Source: Candidatus Xenobia bacterium
GTDB taxonomy: Bacteria; Vulcanimicrobiota; Xenobia; Xenobiales; QWHO01
NCBI GenBank assembly: GCA_045863235.1
Contig: BTUM01000003.1
Location: 96,001-160,000 of the forward strand
Direction of reading: 5' to 3'
Length of the DNA: 64,000 nucleotides
In this document: one piece after another, positions 47,736 to 57,210 of the stretch
How the letters are laid out: every line of letters starts with the position of its first letter
Position numbering within the stretch: position 1 is the first letter of the stretch
The notes under the pieces: generated by a model
What the model was told of the DNA's origin: nothing
Databases searched by the model: none
The model's input: only the letters and a program-made list of their open reading frames with translations
Position numbers and translations under genes: made by a program

Positions 47736-50096
47736 GTGATCGTGGGTCATTCCATGCCTTTCTCCAGAGCGCCCGTGCCGGCGGCTGCGACCGCATCTGT
47801 TCCTGAGCAGAGCGCGGTCGAGCCGGTCGACGGCTTCAGCCCGGTCTCAAAGTCGCCACCGGCCCTGCCGGCGTCGGTGGGTCCGGCCAGCGAGCTGGCC
47901 TTCCGGCTCCTGGGCGGCAGCCTGGGGCCGACCGTGCAGGCCGCCACCCGCACGGTGCTCGACGAGCTCGACTACAACCTGCGGCGCACCGCGCCGGGGC
48001 GAGAACTGGCCAGGGACCTCGCGCTCGAGCAGCCCGATCGGCCGAGCAACGCCATTCCGGTCGGGTCCGAGCTGACCCGGGGGCTGCGTGACAGGCTGAT
48101 CGGCGGTCGCACCCTGAGCTCCAGCCAGAGCTCGCTGCTGGCCCGCTCTCTGGTCATGACCAGCAAGTACCTTGGCCTGGACGACCGGCCGCTGATCGCT
48201 CCCCGGTCGGTCGAGGCCGCGCCACCCCCTGCCGATGCCAGGCTCGAGCCGGGGTACCACTGCGAAGTGACGCAAGTGGCGGTGGACCAGGTGCGCTGGC
48301 GGGGAGTCAGCGATTACGCCCCCTCCCGGCTCGGTCCCGTGGCGGTCCTGCTCGACGACCTCGGCCCAGAAGACCGAGTGCGCTTCTCCAACCTGCCCCT
48401 GGAGCAGTCGCTGCAGGGCTTGCCAGCCCCCACAGCCGCCGTGCGCTTGAACCTGCCCGTAAGCTCGTGGGCGCGGAGCCTGGACCTCGTCGAGCACCAG
48501 GATGGGTCGAAAACGCTGGTCGTGGGCGAGCTGCCCGGCCGCATCGCGCATCGCCACTACCAGCTGCTGGTCAAGAAGTACATGCATGGCAAGCCAGACG
48601 CTCCTGCCATGTCGGTGGTGGAGGCCCCCTCCGCCTATCAGGCCAGCTACGGTCAGCTGGCCGAATTCTTCGCCCGCAACGCCTCCGAGCTCGGCCAGGT
48701 GGATGCCGTGGCCGTGGGCTACGCGCGCACCTTCCGGGAGACCTGGACCGAGGTTCCCCGTCAACGAGTGTTCGATTCGACTTCGCCCTGGAAGGCGGAT
48801 GTCTATACCCTCCCCAACGGGAAACGACTGGCCGCCCTGACCAGCCAGGGCAACTTCCAGGGGGAGATTCTAGGGGAGGCGCTCAAGCGGCTGATTCAGG
48901 ATCATCCCTCCATCCGCCAGGTCTTTCTGGCTGGATCGGGGGGCTCGCTTCACGTTCGCGATCCTTATAGCATCGTCATCCCGGACCGGATCGGAGAGAC
49001 AGAGAACCTCCTCTCCACCCGGACCACCAACCTGGTCCACGAGAGCGTGCTCTCGCCCCTGGCGGAAACGCCCGAGGCCCTCAGCGATGCTGCCCGTCGC
49101 GGAGTGACCACCCTGGATATGGAGTTCGGCCACGCGGCCAGGGCCCTGCAGGGGCTGGGCGTGGAGCTCGGGGTGGGGGTGCTGGCCACCGACTTCCCTG
49201 TCGAGCGTCGTTTCAGCCCCGACGCCAGTCTCACGCGCCAGGACACCGAGCGCAAGTACTCCCACATCCATCGCTACACCCGGGCCGTCTACGAGGCGCT
49301 CACCTCCGGCCAGCCCCCGCTGGAGCACCCCCTGGAGCAGCACCTGGGTCGCCCTCTGGGAGCGCTTTCTCGCGAGAACCTCCAGCGCGAGCTGCAGATC
49401 ATGGGAGAGCTGGGCGAGGCAGAACGGGGACTCTTCGAGCGCCTGCTGGAGCTCAAGCCGCACTATTCGTTCCGCATGACCGAAGCGCGCCTGCGGCGCG
49501 TGCTGGAAGATGGCGTTTTGCTCTCCACGGGCCAGGTGTCGCGCCTGCTCGAGCGTCCCGTCTCGCCTTACACCCCCGGCGTGGAGGACGAGATGTTCGG
49601 TGCTTACGAGCACACCTTCGGTGCGCTCGGCTTCGGACAGGGCGACGAACGCTACGGCCCGGTCGAGGTTCGCCTGCGCCCAGAGGTGTGGAAGGCGCGC
49701 TCCTGGGCCTCGTTTGCCTCGGGGTGGAAGGCGCTGAGCCGGGTCAGCGAGGAGCCGCTCGAATATGATCGGGCTGACCCCGAGCTGCTCTCGGCCGCAC
49801 GCGAGCGGTTCTCCCACTGGGTGGTGACCCCGCCCGACTATAACGCCACGGTTGCTGCCGGGATCGTGGGCCGCCTCGGGAAGCTTCCGCCCGAAGTCCG
49901 CGAAGAGCTGCTCAAGGCCTCCTCGGTAGAGCTTCCGGCCCTGCTCGTCAAGCACCGACTGTGGTATCTGGAAGGAAAGATCCATGGCGCCCTCAACCTC
50001 GAAGATATCGAGCGGCTGATCGTGGAGCCGACCTTTCCCGAATCCCTGCGCGAGCTCTGTCTCCAGCGGGGCATTGCGGTGGAGGTCCGCTCCTGA
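47736..50096 (+). CDS. Multidomain protein: low-complexity N-terminus, nucleoside phosphorylase-like domain, DUF3626-like C-terminus
   Basis: FLAGSGGSL, TTLDMEF and LATDFP (PNP fold); VLEDGVLLS, FGAL, RYGPV and YLEGKIHG...DIE (DUF3626-like). Confidence 0.7.
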   Translation: MIVGHSMPFSRAPVPAAATASVPEQSAVEPVDGFSPVSKSPPALPASVGPASELAFRLLGGSLGPTVQAATRTVLDELDYNLRRTAPGRELARDLALEQPDRPSNAIPVGSELTRGLRDRLIGGRTLSSSQSSLLARSLVMTSKYLGLDDRPLIAPRSVEAAPPPADARLEPGYHCEVTQVAVDQVRWRGVSDYAPSRLGPVAVLLDDLGPEDRVRFSNLPLEQSLQGLPAPTAAVRLNLPVSSWARSLDLVEHQDGSKTLVVGELPGRIAHRHYQLLVKKYMHGKPDAPAMSVVEAPSAYQASYGQLAEFFARNASELGQVDAVAVGYARTFRETWTEVPRQRVFDSTSPWKADVYTLPNGKRLAALTSQGNFQGEILGEALKRLIQDHPSIRQVFLAGSGGSLHVRDPYSIVIPDRIGETENLLSTRTTNLVHESVLSPLAETPEALSDAARRGVTTLDMEFGHAARALQGLGVELGVGVLATDFPVERRFSPDASLTRQDTERKYSHIHRYTRAVYEALTSGQPPLEHPLEQHLGRPLGALSRENLQRELQIMGELGEAERGLFERLLELKPHYSFRMTEARLRRVLEDGVLLSTGQVSRLLERPVSPYTPGVEDEMFGAYEHTFGALGFGQGDERYGPVEVRLRPEVWKARSWASFASGWKALSRVSEEPLEYDRADPELLSAARERFSHWVVTPPDYNATVAAGIVGRLGKLPPEVREELLKASSVELPALLVKHRLWYLEGKIHGALNLEDIERLIVEPTFPESLRELCLQRGIAVEVRS

Positions 50097-50707
50097 GACG
50101 CTGGCTGGCACTTGCTCTCCTGCTGACGCTGCCGGTCGCGGCCCAAAGCGAGCTTCCCCCCGGCTACAAGGTCATGCGCCAGTTCGGCAAGCCGGCCCGC
50201 TGGCGCCGAGAGTTGCTCCCCATCCGCCTCTTCTCGAGCGCTCAATTGCGCCTGGTGGATCACTGCCTCGCCCAGTGGAACCAGGCCGGACAGGGCCAGC
50301 TCTATGCGCGTTCCTCGGCCGAGGAGGCGGACGTGCGCCTCGACTGGAGCTCGCCCCGCCTGCCCGCCGGGCGGGCAGGAGCAGTGTGGTGGAACCCGGT
50401 GATGGGCCACCTGCTCATTGAGGGCATGGCCGTGGACGGCGCCTGGAACGTGTCGGAGGGAGTGCGGGCCCGGGTGCTCTTGCAGGAGCTGGGCCACTGC
50501 CTGGGCCTGAGCGATTCGACCGACCCCGGCGACGTGATGTACACGGTGGTGGTCAACCGGCGCCGCCGGCCCCTCGCCCTGGACGCGGCCCGCCTTTCCA
50601 GCCGCGACCGCCAGGCGCTGGGGTGGCTGTATGCCCAGGAGGATTTTGTGCCCATCTGTGTGCACTTGCCCGACCCGGCCGCTCCCACGCCTGTCCCGAT
50701 GCGTTAA
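50093..50707 (+). CDS. Matrixin-like (M10) metallopeptidase with variant zinc motif (probable CTG start)
   Basis: Signal peptide MRRWLALALLLTLPVAA; QELGHCLGLSD plus Met-turn DVMY. Confidence 0.75.
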   Translation: MRRWLALALLLTLPVAAQSELPPGYKVMRQFGKPARWRRELLPIRLFSSAQLRLVDHCLAQWNQAGQGQLYARSSAEEADVRLDWSSPRLPAGRAGAVWWNPVMGHLLIEGMAVDGAWNVSEGVRARVLLQELGHCLGLSDSTDPGDVMYTVVVNRRRRPLALDAARLSSRDRQALGWLYAQEDFVPICVHLPDPAAPTPVPMR

Positions 50708-50774
50708 CATCACCGCAACGATTCCCCTGGGCCGGCCGCATATAATCCTCCCAGCCACATCAGGGAGGCCTGTC

Positions 50775-52739
50775 ATGAACGTCACCACAGCCAGTCTGGC
50801 CTATACGGGAGCCGAGGCCCGTCGCATCGGAGCCGGCGAAGGAAAGCCGAAGCCGATCGGAGCCGGCGGGAACTCGCCCGCTCCGGCGCAGCCCCAGCAG
50901 CCCGCCCAACCCCCGGCGGGTCAGACGGGCCAGAAGGCCCCGGTCACTCCGCTCGAGCCCGAGAAGGAGTGGACCGTGCTGATGTATATGAACGGAAACA
51001 ACGGCCTCTCCAGCTCGGTCATCAGCAACCTGCGCCAGCTCGAGTATGTGGGCTCGGACAAGAACATCAACTGGGTGGCCCAGGCCTCCCGCTCCAAGGG
51101 CCTGATGGACGGCTGGAAGGGCGACTGGACGGGCGTGCGCCGCTACAACATGGTGCACAACGGCGAGAAGCTCACCCCCTCGGTGATCATCTCCACCGCG
51201 CTGCTGGGCTGGTTGCCCGGCAGCTCCACCAAGATCGAGTCCCCGGTCGTGCAGGACCTGGGCGACAAGAACATGGGCAAGGCCCAGACACTGCAGGAGT
51301 TCCTCGAGTGGGGCATGGCCGCCTACCCGGCCAAGCGCTACATGGTCGTGATGCAGGGCCCCTCCACCGGCCTGTCGGGCATGATGAACGACGAAGTGCA
51401 CGGCTCCAAGATGAAGATCAGCGAAGTGGGCCAGGTGTTCGAGAACGTCAAGGCCTCCACCGGCAAGAAGATCGACGTGGTGGCCATCGACGGCTCCACC
51501 TCGACCACCATGGAGCTGGCCTACGAGCTCAAGGACAGCGTCAACTACATGATCGGCTCGCAGGGTATCCAGGCCGGCGGCGGCATGTTCATCGGCCAGA
51601 TCGCCAACGAGATCAAGAACCTCAACCAGGATCACGTGCAGGATCCGGTCACGATGACCCGCATGTGGTGCTTGATGAACTCGATGGGCTCGGGGATGGC
51701 CAACATCTCCAGCACCATCTCGGCCATCGACCTGACCAAAATGGACGCCGTCAAGCAGAGCTGGGACGAGATGTCCCAGAAGATCCTGGCGGCCAACATC
51801 CCGGGCGAGACGCTCAACCGGATTCTGGACGACACTCAGGACTTCCAGGGCCGCTCCAAAAACGAGGCCTACCAGAACCAGCGCGACGCTTTCGACTTCG
51901 CCAAGCGCATCTCCGAGCACCCCGAGATCACCGATCAGGGCGTGAAGGACGCTGCCAAGGCCACCATGGCCGCCATCGAGGGCGCCCTGGTGGGCGACGC
52001 CGCGGTGGGCAAGTACGTCAAGAACGCCCACGGCCTCTCGGTGTTCGCTCCCACCCACTACGGCTATTTCCGCCCCGACGGCACGCCGGTGGCCAACCGC
52101 TCCATCAAGGACGCCGACTACTCGAGCACCAAGTTCGCTCAGGACACGGTGTGGGACGACGTGCTCACGGCCGGTGCCCAGGACTCGGGCTTCAACAACG
52201 CCCTCAAGAAGCTCGGCTTCTCGGAGAACGCGCTGGACAAGTGGAGCGACTTCTCCGGCAAACACGCCGGTAAGGTCAGCTTCGTGGGCAACATCGCCTC
52301 GATGGCCGGCTGGTTCAATGCCATCAACGCCTGGCGCGGAGCCGAGGCCAGCGGCTTCTTGGGTATTCCGGCCGCCTACACGCCTTACGTCGGTATGGTG
52401 GGCGCCGGTTATGACGCCATCAACGCCGCCAAGAACATCCACTACAGCGCCACCGAGCTGCAAGACACCGACGCCGTGGTGAGCGCCGCCTTCGACGTGG
52501 GTCGGGCCGGCCTCAAAGCCGTCGCCAACCTGGGCTACATCAACCCCGCCCTCAAGGGCGTGGCCGGCACGGCCGGTATGGTGATGTTCTTCTCGCCCTG
52601 GATTCGCGACATCTACGGGGTCTACTCGAACTACAAGCAGATCCGCGACAACATCGAGCTCTCGAACCAGCCGAGCAGCACCAAGTGGGCGATGGCGGCT
52701 TACGGCTACTGGGCCAACAACCACCTGCAGGACAAGTAA
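50775..52739 (+). CDS. Clostripain (C11)-fold protein, catalytic dyad apparently absent, with C-terminal helical extension
   Basis: EWTVLMYMNGNNGL, NMG...TL..FL.WG...YPAKRY, ELAYEL, TISAIDL and GLSVFAP; GGGAGG SD and TATAAT at 50740. Confidence 0.85.
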   Translation: MNVTTASLAYTGAEARRIGAGEGKPKPIGAGGNSPAPAQPQQPAQPPAGQTGQKAPVTPLEPEKEWTVLMYMNGNNGLSSSVISNLRQLEYVGSDKNINWVAQASRSKGLMDGWKGDWTGVRRYNMVHNGEKLTPSVIISTALLGWLPGSSTKIESPVVQDLGDKNMGKAQTLQEFLEWGMAAYPAKRYMVVMQGPSTGLSGMMNDEVHGSKMKISEVGQVFENVKASTGKKIDVVAIDGSTSTTMELAYELKDSVNYMIGSQGIQAGGGMFIGQIANEIKNLNQDHVQDPVTMTRMWCLMNSMGSGMANISSTISAIDLTKMDAVKQSWDEMSQKILAANIPGETLNRILDDTQDFQGRSKNEAYQNQRDAFDFAKRISEHPEITDQGVKDAAKATMAAIEGALVGDAAVGKYVKNAHGLSVFAPTHYGYFRPDGTPVANRSIKDADYSSTKFAQDTVWDDVLTAGAQDSGFNNALKKLGFSENALDKWSDFSGKHAGKVSFVGNIASMAGWFNAINAWRGAEASGFLGIPAAYTPYVGMVGAGYDAINAAKNIHYSATELQDTDAVVSAAFDVGRAGLKAVANLGYINPALKGVAGTAGMVMFFSPWIRDIYGVYSNYKQIRDNIELSNQPSSTKWAMAAYGYWANNHLQDK

Positions 52740-52762
52740 GACCTCTCCTGCTCGACGCTCGA

Positions 52763-52788
52763 GAAGGGCGGCCGCGAGGTCGCCCTTC
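52763..52788 (+). terminator. Hairpin after the clostripain-like gene
   Basis: GAAGGGCGGCC-GCGA-GGTCGCCCTTC with a GNRA loop. Confidence 0.6.
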
Positions 52789-52844
52789 GTGCTTTGCGCG
52801 ATCGTCAGAGGCGGCGGGAGCGATCGGCTCGAACTCAGTGGTGG

Positions 52845-53156
52845 ATGAATCCGCACCAGCGAATCGACGACTGGACCCTGGCCATGATGCGCGAAATCGT
52901 AGCTCGCATCGATGCCGACCCGGCTCGAAGCGGACTCGAGAAAGCGCGCGCCACGGCCCGACGCTGGCACTCGCAACATCCCAACCGGGCTGTGGCCGAA
53001 TGGTTGGGTCTGCTCGAGCTTTCCTGGGAAGAGCTGCGCCCCATCTTGCTCGACGAGGGCGAGGAGGGCCAGCGGTTGCGATCCAGTGCCCCCTTCGCCG
53101 GCATCCTCAGCCCCCGCGAGCGTCTGGACCTGTTTCGGAGCTATCGTGCTCCGTAG
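52845..53156 (+). CDS. Small helical protein, putative antitoxin partner
   Basis: RLRSSAPFAGIL motif; overlaps the downstream nucleotidyltransferase gene. Confidence 0.7.
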   Translation: MNPHQRIDDWTLAMMREIVARIDADPARSGLEKARATARRWHSQHPNRAVAEWLGLLELSWEELRPILLDEGEEGQRLRSSAPFAGILSPRERLDLFRSYRAP

Positions 53157-53661
53157 CCAGCTCGAGCACATCCTGCGAGCCTCGGGGGCTATCGCTGACG
53201 AGGGAGTCTTTATCGTCATCGGCAGCCAGGCGATCCTGGCCTCGCTCGACGAGCCACCGGCCGAGTTGACGGTCTCGCTCGAAGCCGACCTCTATCCTCG
53301 CGACGCGCCCGAGAAGGCCGACTTGATCACCGGCTCCATCGGTGAGTTCTCGCTCTTCTCCGAGACCTTCGGTTACCATGCTGACGGGGTTTCTCCGTCC
53401 ACGGCCGTGCTGCCACCCTCGTGGCCGGCGCGCCTGGTCACCCTACAAAATGAGAATACGGGAGGGGTTACGGGTCTTTGCCTCAGCCCGGCAGACATCG
53501 CCATCAGCAAGCTCGCCGCCGGCCGCACCAAGGACCTCGACTACGTGAGCGCCCTGTTGCGCCACCGAATCGTGACCCGCCCGACTCTGGAGCAACTGCT
53601 CGAGGAACTGACCCCCGAGCAGCGCATCCTGGTCGAACCGCGACTGCGGGCCATGTCCTGA
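53146..53661 (+). CDS. DUF6036 family nucleotidyltransferase-fold protein
   Basis: VIGSQAI, S.EAD, GE.S.F..TFGY.ADGV and SKLAAGR.KD motifs. Confidence 0.8.
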   Translation: MLRSQLEHILRASGAIADEGVFIVIGSQAILASLDEPPAELTVSLEADLYPRDAPEKADLITGSIGEFSLFSETFGYHADGVSPSTAVLPPSWPARLVTLQNENTGGVTGLCLSPADIAISKLAAGRTKDLDYVSALLRHRIVTRPTLEQLLEELTPEQRILVEPRLRAMS

Positions 53662-53787
53662 AGGATGGTTACAAAAGGTCACAGATTTTAGTCCCGACTT
53701 GGGGCCGAGCGGGCTGAGCATTAGTCTCGCGGCGAATCGATGCAAGCTCGCAGAGCCTGAGCCAGGCCCAGCAGCGGGCCGGCCTGA

Positions 53788-53817
53788 GACAAACATCCAC
53801 TCGTTCCCGCCGGGAAC
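53788..53817. repeat. Diverged solo copy of the 7.8-8.2 kb repeat hairpin
   Basis: GACAAACATCCACTCGTTCCCGCCGGGAAC matches GACGAACACGCATTCGTCCCCCGCGGGGAC at 22/30 positions; TGCAAGCTCG at 53741 is also shared. Confidence 0.6.
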
Positions 53818-53856
53818 CTCCAAAGGGCCTCCTGCCAGCACGTTGAAGCAGGGCAG

Positions 53857-54258
53857 ATGAACGATCTGTCGCTCTTCATCCTGCGCTTCGTGGCCGGGGT
53901 GATCCTGGCCGCCCACGGCGCCCAGAAACTGTTCGGGGTCTTCGGGGGCCAGGGGATGGCCGGCATGGTGCAGATGCTCGGCCCGGTGGTGGGTTACCTG
54001 GTGGCCATCGGAGAGTGCTTTGGAGGGCTGGGGCTCGTCGTGGGGGTGCTGACCCGCTTTTCGGCCGCCTCCAACATCCTCATCATGCTGGGCGCCATCG
54101 CGATGGTGCACGGCAAGAACGGGTTCTTCCTGCATAACAGCGGCTTTGAGTATAACCTGGCCCTGATCGGGCTGCTCGCCCCCGTCGCGCTGTGCGGGCC
54201 CGGGAACTGGGCGGTGGGCCGATTTCTCCCCCTCCTGCGCGCAAAGCTCCTGGAGTAG
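53857..54258 (+). CDS. DoxX family membrane protein
   Basis: LR...G.....HGAQKLFG.FGG.G, GFEYNL and GPG..A motifs. Confidence 0.92.
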   Translation: MNDLSLFILRFVAGVILAAHGAQKLFGVFGGQGMAGMVQMLGPVVGYLVAIGECFGGLGLVVGVLTRFSAASNILIMLGAIAMVHGKNGFFLHNSGFEYNLALIGLLAPVALCGPGNWAVGRFLPLLRAKLLE

Positions 54259-54259
54259 G

Positions 54260-56311
54260 TCAGCGCAGGTACGGCTCGTAGCTGTTGGGCAAGATGGCCC
54301 GGTCGGTCACCGGGCCGATCTGGGGCTGCTGCAGAGGGAAGGCTTTGAGCGAGAACTGGAAGTAGACCTCGTTCTGCACTCCCCGATAGACCACGCTGGC
54401 CATCCAGTCGTGCTCCTCGTAGTTGAGCTGGTAGTCCTGGTAGGTCATGCGCTCATTGACCAGGTCGTAAAGATTCCAACTGCCCACCGAGACCGAGTCG
54501 GTGAGGTCGAATCGAATCTGCGAGTCCACGCTGCGCCACAGCTTGAAGTTGGGGTCGAAGTTGGAGGAAGCCACCACCCGAACCCCTTCCAGGGGATGAA
54601 TGTCGAGCCGGGGGATCAGATCGTGCAGCCGGTCGCCATTGAGGTCGTAGCCCGCCAGGGCTCCCAGCTTCCACCTGTCGGTTTCGTAGAACTCCAGGCC
54701 CCCGGTCAGGGTCTGATACTGGAACTGGAGGTCGTGCTGGAAGGGCGAGTAGCCTTCCGGGTCCTGCCAGTTGTAATCGATTCGGGCCACTGCGTTGGAG
54801 CCAAGGTTCTGCAAGTAAGACCCGCGCGCGGCCAGCAGGTACTGGGCATCGCCGCTGCCATACAGCATCTGGCGTGCGCCCGCTCCAGCCAGAATACGAC
54901 CGGAGCCGAACTCGACGGTCTGGTCAGGGATGGTGAAACGCAGGTCGCCGCGGGTGGTGCCGTACATGCTGGGTGACTCGAACAGGTTGCCGAAACTGCC
55001 CGCCACCTGGATGGGGACCGGCCCGACATAGAGCGACTTGGAGCGTACGCTGACCTCGGGGCTGCGGTTGAGGTAGTAGAAGGTGGCGTCCCCTCCGCTG
55101 CGTTCCAGGTCGAGGGCGGAGTCGAACAGCTCGCTGGTGTGCAGCAGGCTGCCCAGCACGTGGTAGCGGCTGGTGGGTCCTCCGATGGGGGTGGTGGAGC
55201 GGTAGTAGTCGGCCGACCAGCGAGTGGCCAGCTCGGGCGTCATGTGCAGGTGGTAGAACAGGCGGGTGACGATGTTCTGGTTGTCGCCGATCCGGCTGTA
55301 ATTGCCCAGCACCTGCAGGTGCTGGCGCTCGGTATCTCGCTGGTAGTTGATCTGGGCGTTCTCCTGGGCGGGTGAGACGAACCCGGGCAACTCGAACTTG
55401 TTGGCGCTATAGTTGAGGGTCAGGTTGGAGGAATCGTCTGGGCGCAGTACCGTGTTGCTGTTGATCTGATAGCGCGAGCGTGTGGACTGGCGCCCCCGCA
55501 GCTGGTAGAGGTAGAAGTCTCCGGCCAGGAGGTCGCCCACCTCGTAATGGTGCTTGAGGCCCGCCCCGATACCGCTCTTCTGGTAGATATCGAACAAGAT
55601 CTGACCGTAGTTGGTGTCTCCCAGAGTATAGTCGAAGGAGTTCCGCAGAAAGACCCCGTCAATGCCATTGTGGCCGGGCAGAGGGAAGAAGGTCTGGATC
55701 CGCTGAGGAGCCCGGCTGGTCAGGGAGAGGTTGACGGTGGGCAGCGTGTAGATAGGGGTCTCCCCCAGCACCAGGCGCACGTCTTGCGCGATCATGCGCG
55801 ACCCGGGCAAGATCTCCAGGCGGGCCGACTCGAGCATGTAGTCGGTGCGACCGGGTGGAAGGTCGCAGCTTGTCACGCTGGCCTTCAACAGCTCGATGCT
55901 GTCGGGACGCCACTGCACCGTGTCGGCCCAGAGGAAGAGGTCTTCCTGCACGTTGCGCTGATCCACCACGAAGTCGCGGGCCCGCCCGGAAACTTTGGTC
56001 ATGTGGGCCATTCGGGCGCGGGTGTTGAAGTCGATGGTCTCGGCGGCCAGAAAGCTGTCCTGGAAGAAGAACACGCAATCGCCCCGGGCGGCTACGATGC
56101 CCGAGTTCTCGTCGTACTCGAGGTAGTCGCAGTCGAGTCGAACCCCGGCGATCTCGGCCCGCACGTGACCGGACGCGACGACCTTGCCGCCCTCACGCTT
56201 GACCGCGTCGGCCTGCAGAAAGAGCCGCTCCTTGCTTTGCGCCATTCCCATCCCCGTCAAGACGGCGCAGAGCCAGACCACAAAGAAAAAATGGCGCACC
56301 CGGGGGAGCAT
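54260..56311 (-). CDS. LPS-assembly protein LptD-like outer-membrane beta-barrel
   Basis: Signal peptide; OstA-like N-terminus (ASGHVR, TSCD); aromatic-rich beta strands ending VYFQFSL. Confidence 0.75.
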   Translation of the reverse strand: MLPRVRHFFFVVWLCAVLTGMGMAQSKERLFLQADAVKREGGKVVASGHVRAEIAGVRLDCDYLEYDENSGIVAARGDCVFFFQDSFLAAETIDFNTRARMAHMTKVSGRARDFVVDQRNVQEDLFLWADTVQWRPDSIELLKASVTSCDLPPGRTDYMLESARLEILPGSRMIAQDVRLVLGETPIYTLPTVNLSLTSRAPQRIQTFFPLPGHNGIDGVFLRNSFDYTLGDTNYGQILFDIYQKSGIGAGLKHHYEVGDLLAGDFYLYQLRGRQSTRSRYQINSNTVLRPDDSSNLTLNYSANKFELPGFVSPAQENAQINYQRDTERQHLQVLGNYSRIGDNQNIVTRLFYHLHMTPELATRWSADYYRSTTPIGGPTSRYHVLGSLLHTSELFDSALDLERSGGDATFYYLNRSPEVSVRSKSLYVGPVPIQVAGSFGNLFESPSMYGTTRGDLRFTIPDQTVEFGSGRILAGAGARQMLYGSGDAQYLLAARGSYLQNLGSNAVARIDYNWQDPEGYSPFQHDLQFQYQTLTGGLEFYETDRWKLGALAGYDLNGDRLHDLIPRLDIHPLEGVRVVASSNFDPNFKLWRSVDSQIRFDLTDSVSVGSWNLYDLVNERMTYQDYQLNYEEHDWMASVVYRGVQNEVYFQFSLKAFPLQQPQIGPVTDRAILPNSYEPYLR

Positions 56312-56490
56312 TTGAAGCCCATTCTGCTAGCGGGCAAGGGTTCCTCTCTGGAAGCAGAATCCCGTCGTGATAAGCTTGAGCCCAATCAAAGAAGGCCCGC
56401 CCAAGACCTCCTCAGAGGATCGAAAACCGCTCGAAACTTGAACTTCATTCCATTCCAGGAGTCCGGGGATGAATTGCCTAAAGCGGCCTC

Positions 56491-57108
56491 GTGGCACGCA
56501 TCGGACTGCTGGGAGGCACGTTCAACCCCATCCATCTCGGGCATCTGCGCCTGGCCGAGGAGGCCCGCGAGCAGTACAGGCTCGAGCGGGTGTGGTTCAT
56601 CCCCAACCCCTCCCCACCCCACCGGGCCCGGGGCAGCGTGCTGGCCCCCGCCGAGGAGCGCTTCCGGCTCGTCGAGCTGGCGGTGGAGTCCAATCCCGAC
56701 TTCGAGGTCTCGCGGATCGAGCTCGATCACTCCGGCCTGGCTTACACTGTGGAGACCGTCGAGCGCCTGCGCTCGCTCCATCCCGAGCACACGTTCCACT
56801 TTCTGACCGGGGCCGACTCGCTGCTGAGGAATCGCTGGCGGGAGTTGGACCGACTGTTGGGCATGCTGGGCTCCTTCGTGGCCGCGCGCCGGCCGGGCTT
56901 TGACTGGAGTGAGCTCGAACGCCACCTCGATAGCCTGCAGTTGAAGAATCGGGAGCGCATCGTGCGCTTCGACATGCCCGCCCTGGAGATCTCGGCCTCC
57001 GACCTGCGCCTGCGCCGTCGAGAGGGGCGATCGATCCGATACCTGGTGCCCGAAGCGGTGCGCCTGCGCATCCTGGAGGCCGGTCTTTACAGCGGCCTGG
57101 AGGAGTGA
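56491..57108 (+). CDS. nadD: Nicotinate-nucleotide adenylyltransferase
   Basis: GGTFNPIHLGH, YTVET, GADS and ISAS.LR motifs. Confidence 0.95.
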   Translation: MARIGLLGGTFNPIHLGHLRLAEEAREQYRLERVWFIPNPSPPHRARGSVLAPAEERFRLVELAVESNPDFEVSRIELDHSGLAYTVETVERLRSLHPEHTFHFLTGADSLLRNRWRELDRLLGMLGSFVAARRPGFDWSELERHLDSLQLKNRERIVRFDMPALEISASDLRLRRREGRSIRYLVPEAVRLRILEAGLYSGLEE

Positions 57109-57210
57109 ACCCACTGAGCCACGTATCTGCAAGCGAAGCGCGCAGCGAGCCGCAGGCGAGCGTAGTGCGTTTGAGCGATTCCCCACCGAGAACAGACGGA
57201 GCAGGCTGAA

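Noticed and set aside
57109..57210. ncRNA between nadD and rsfS
   Set aside because: A GCGA-rich stretch with no convincing long stem and no second copy in the window.
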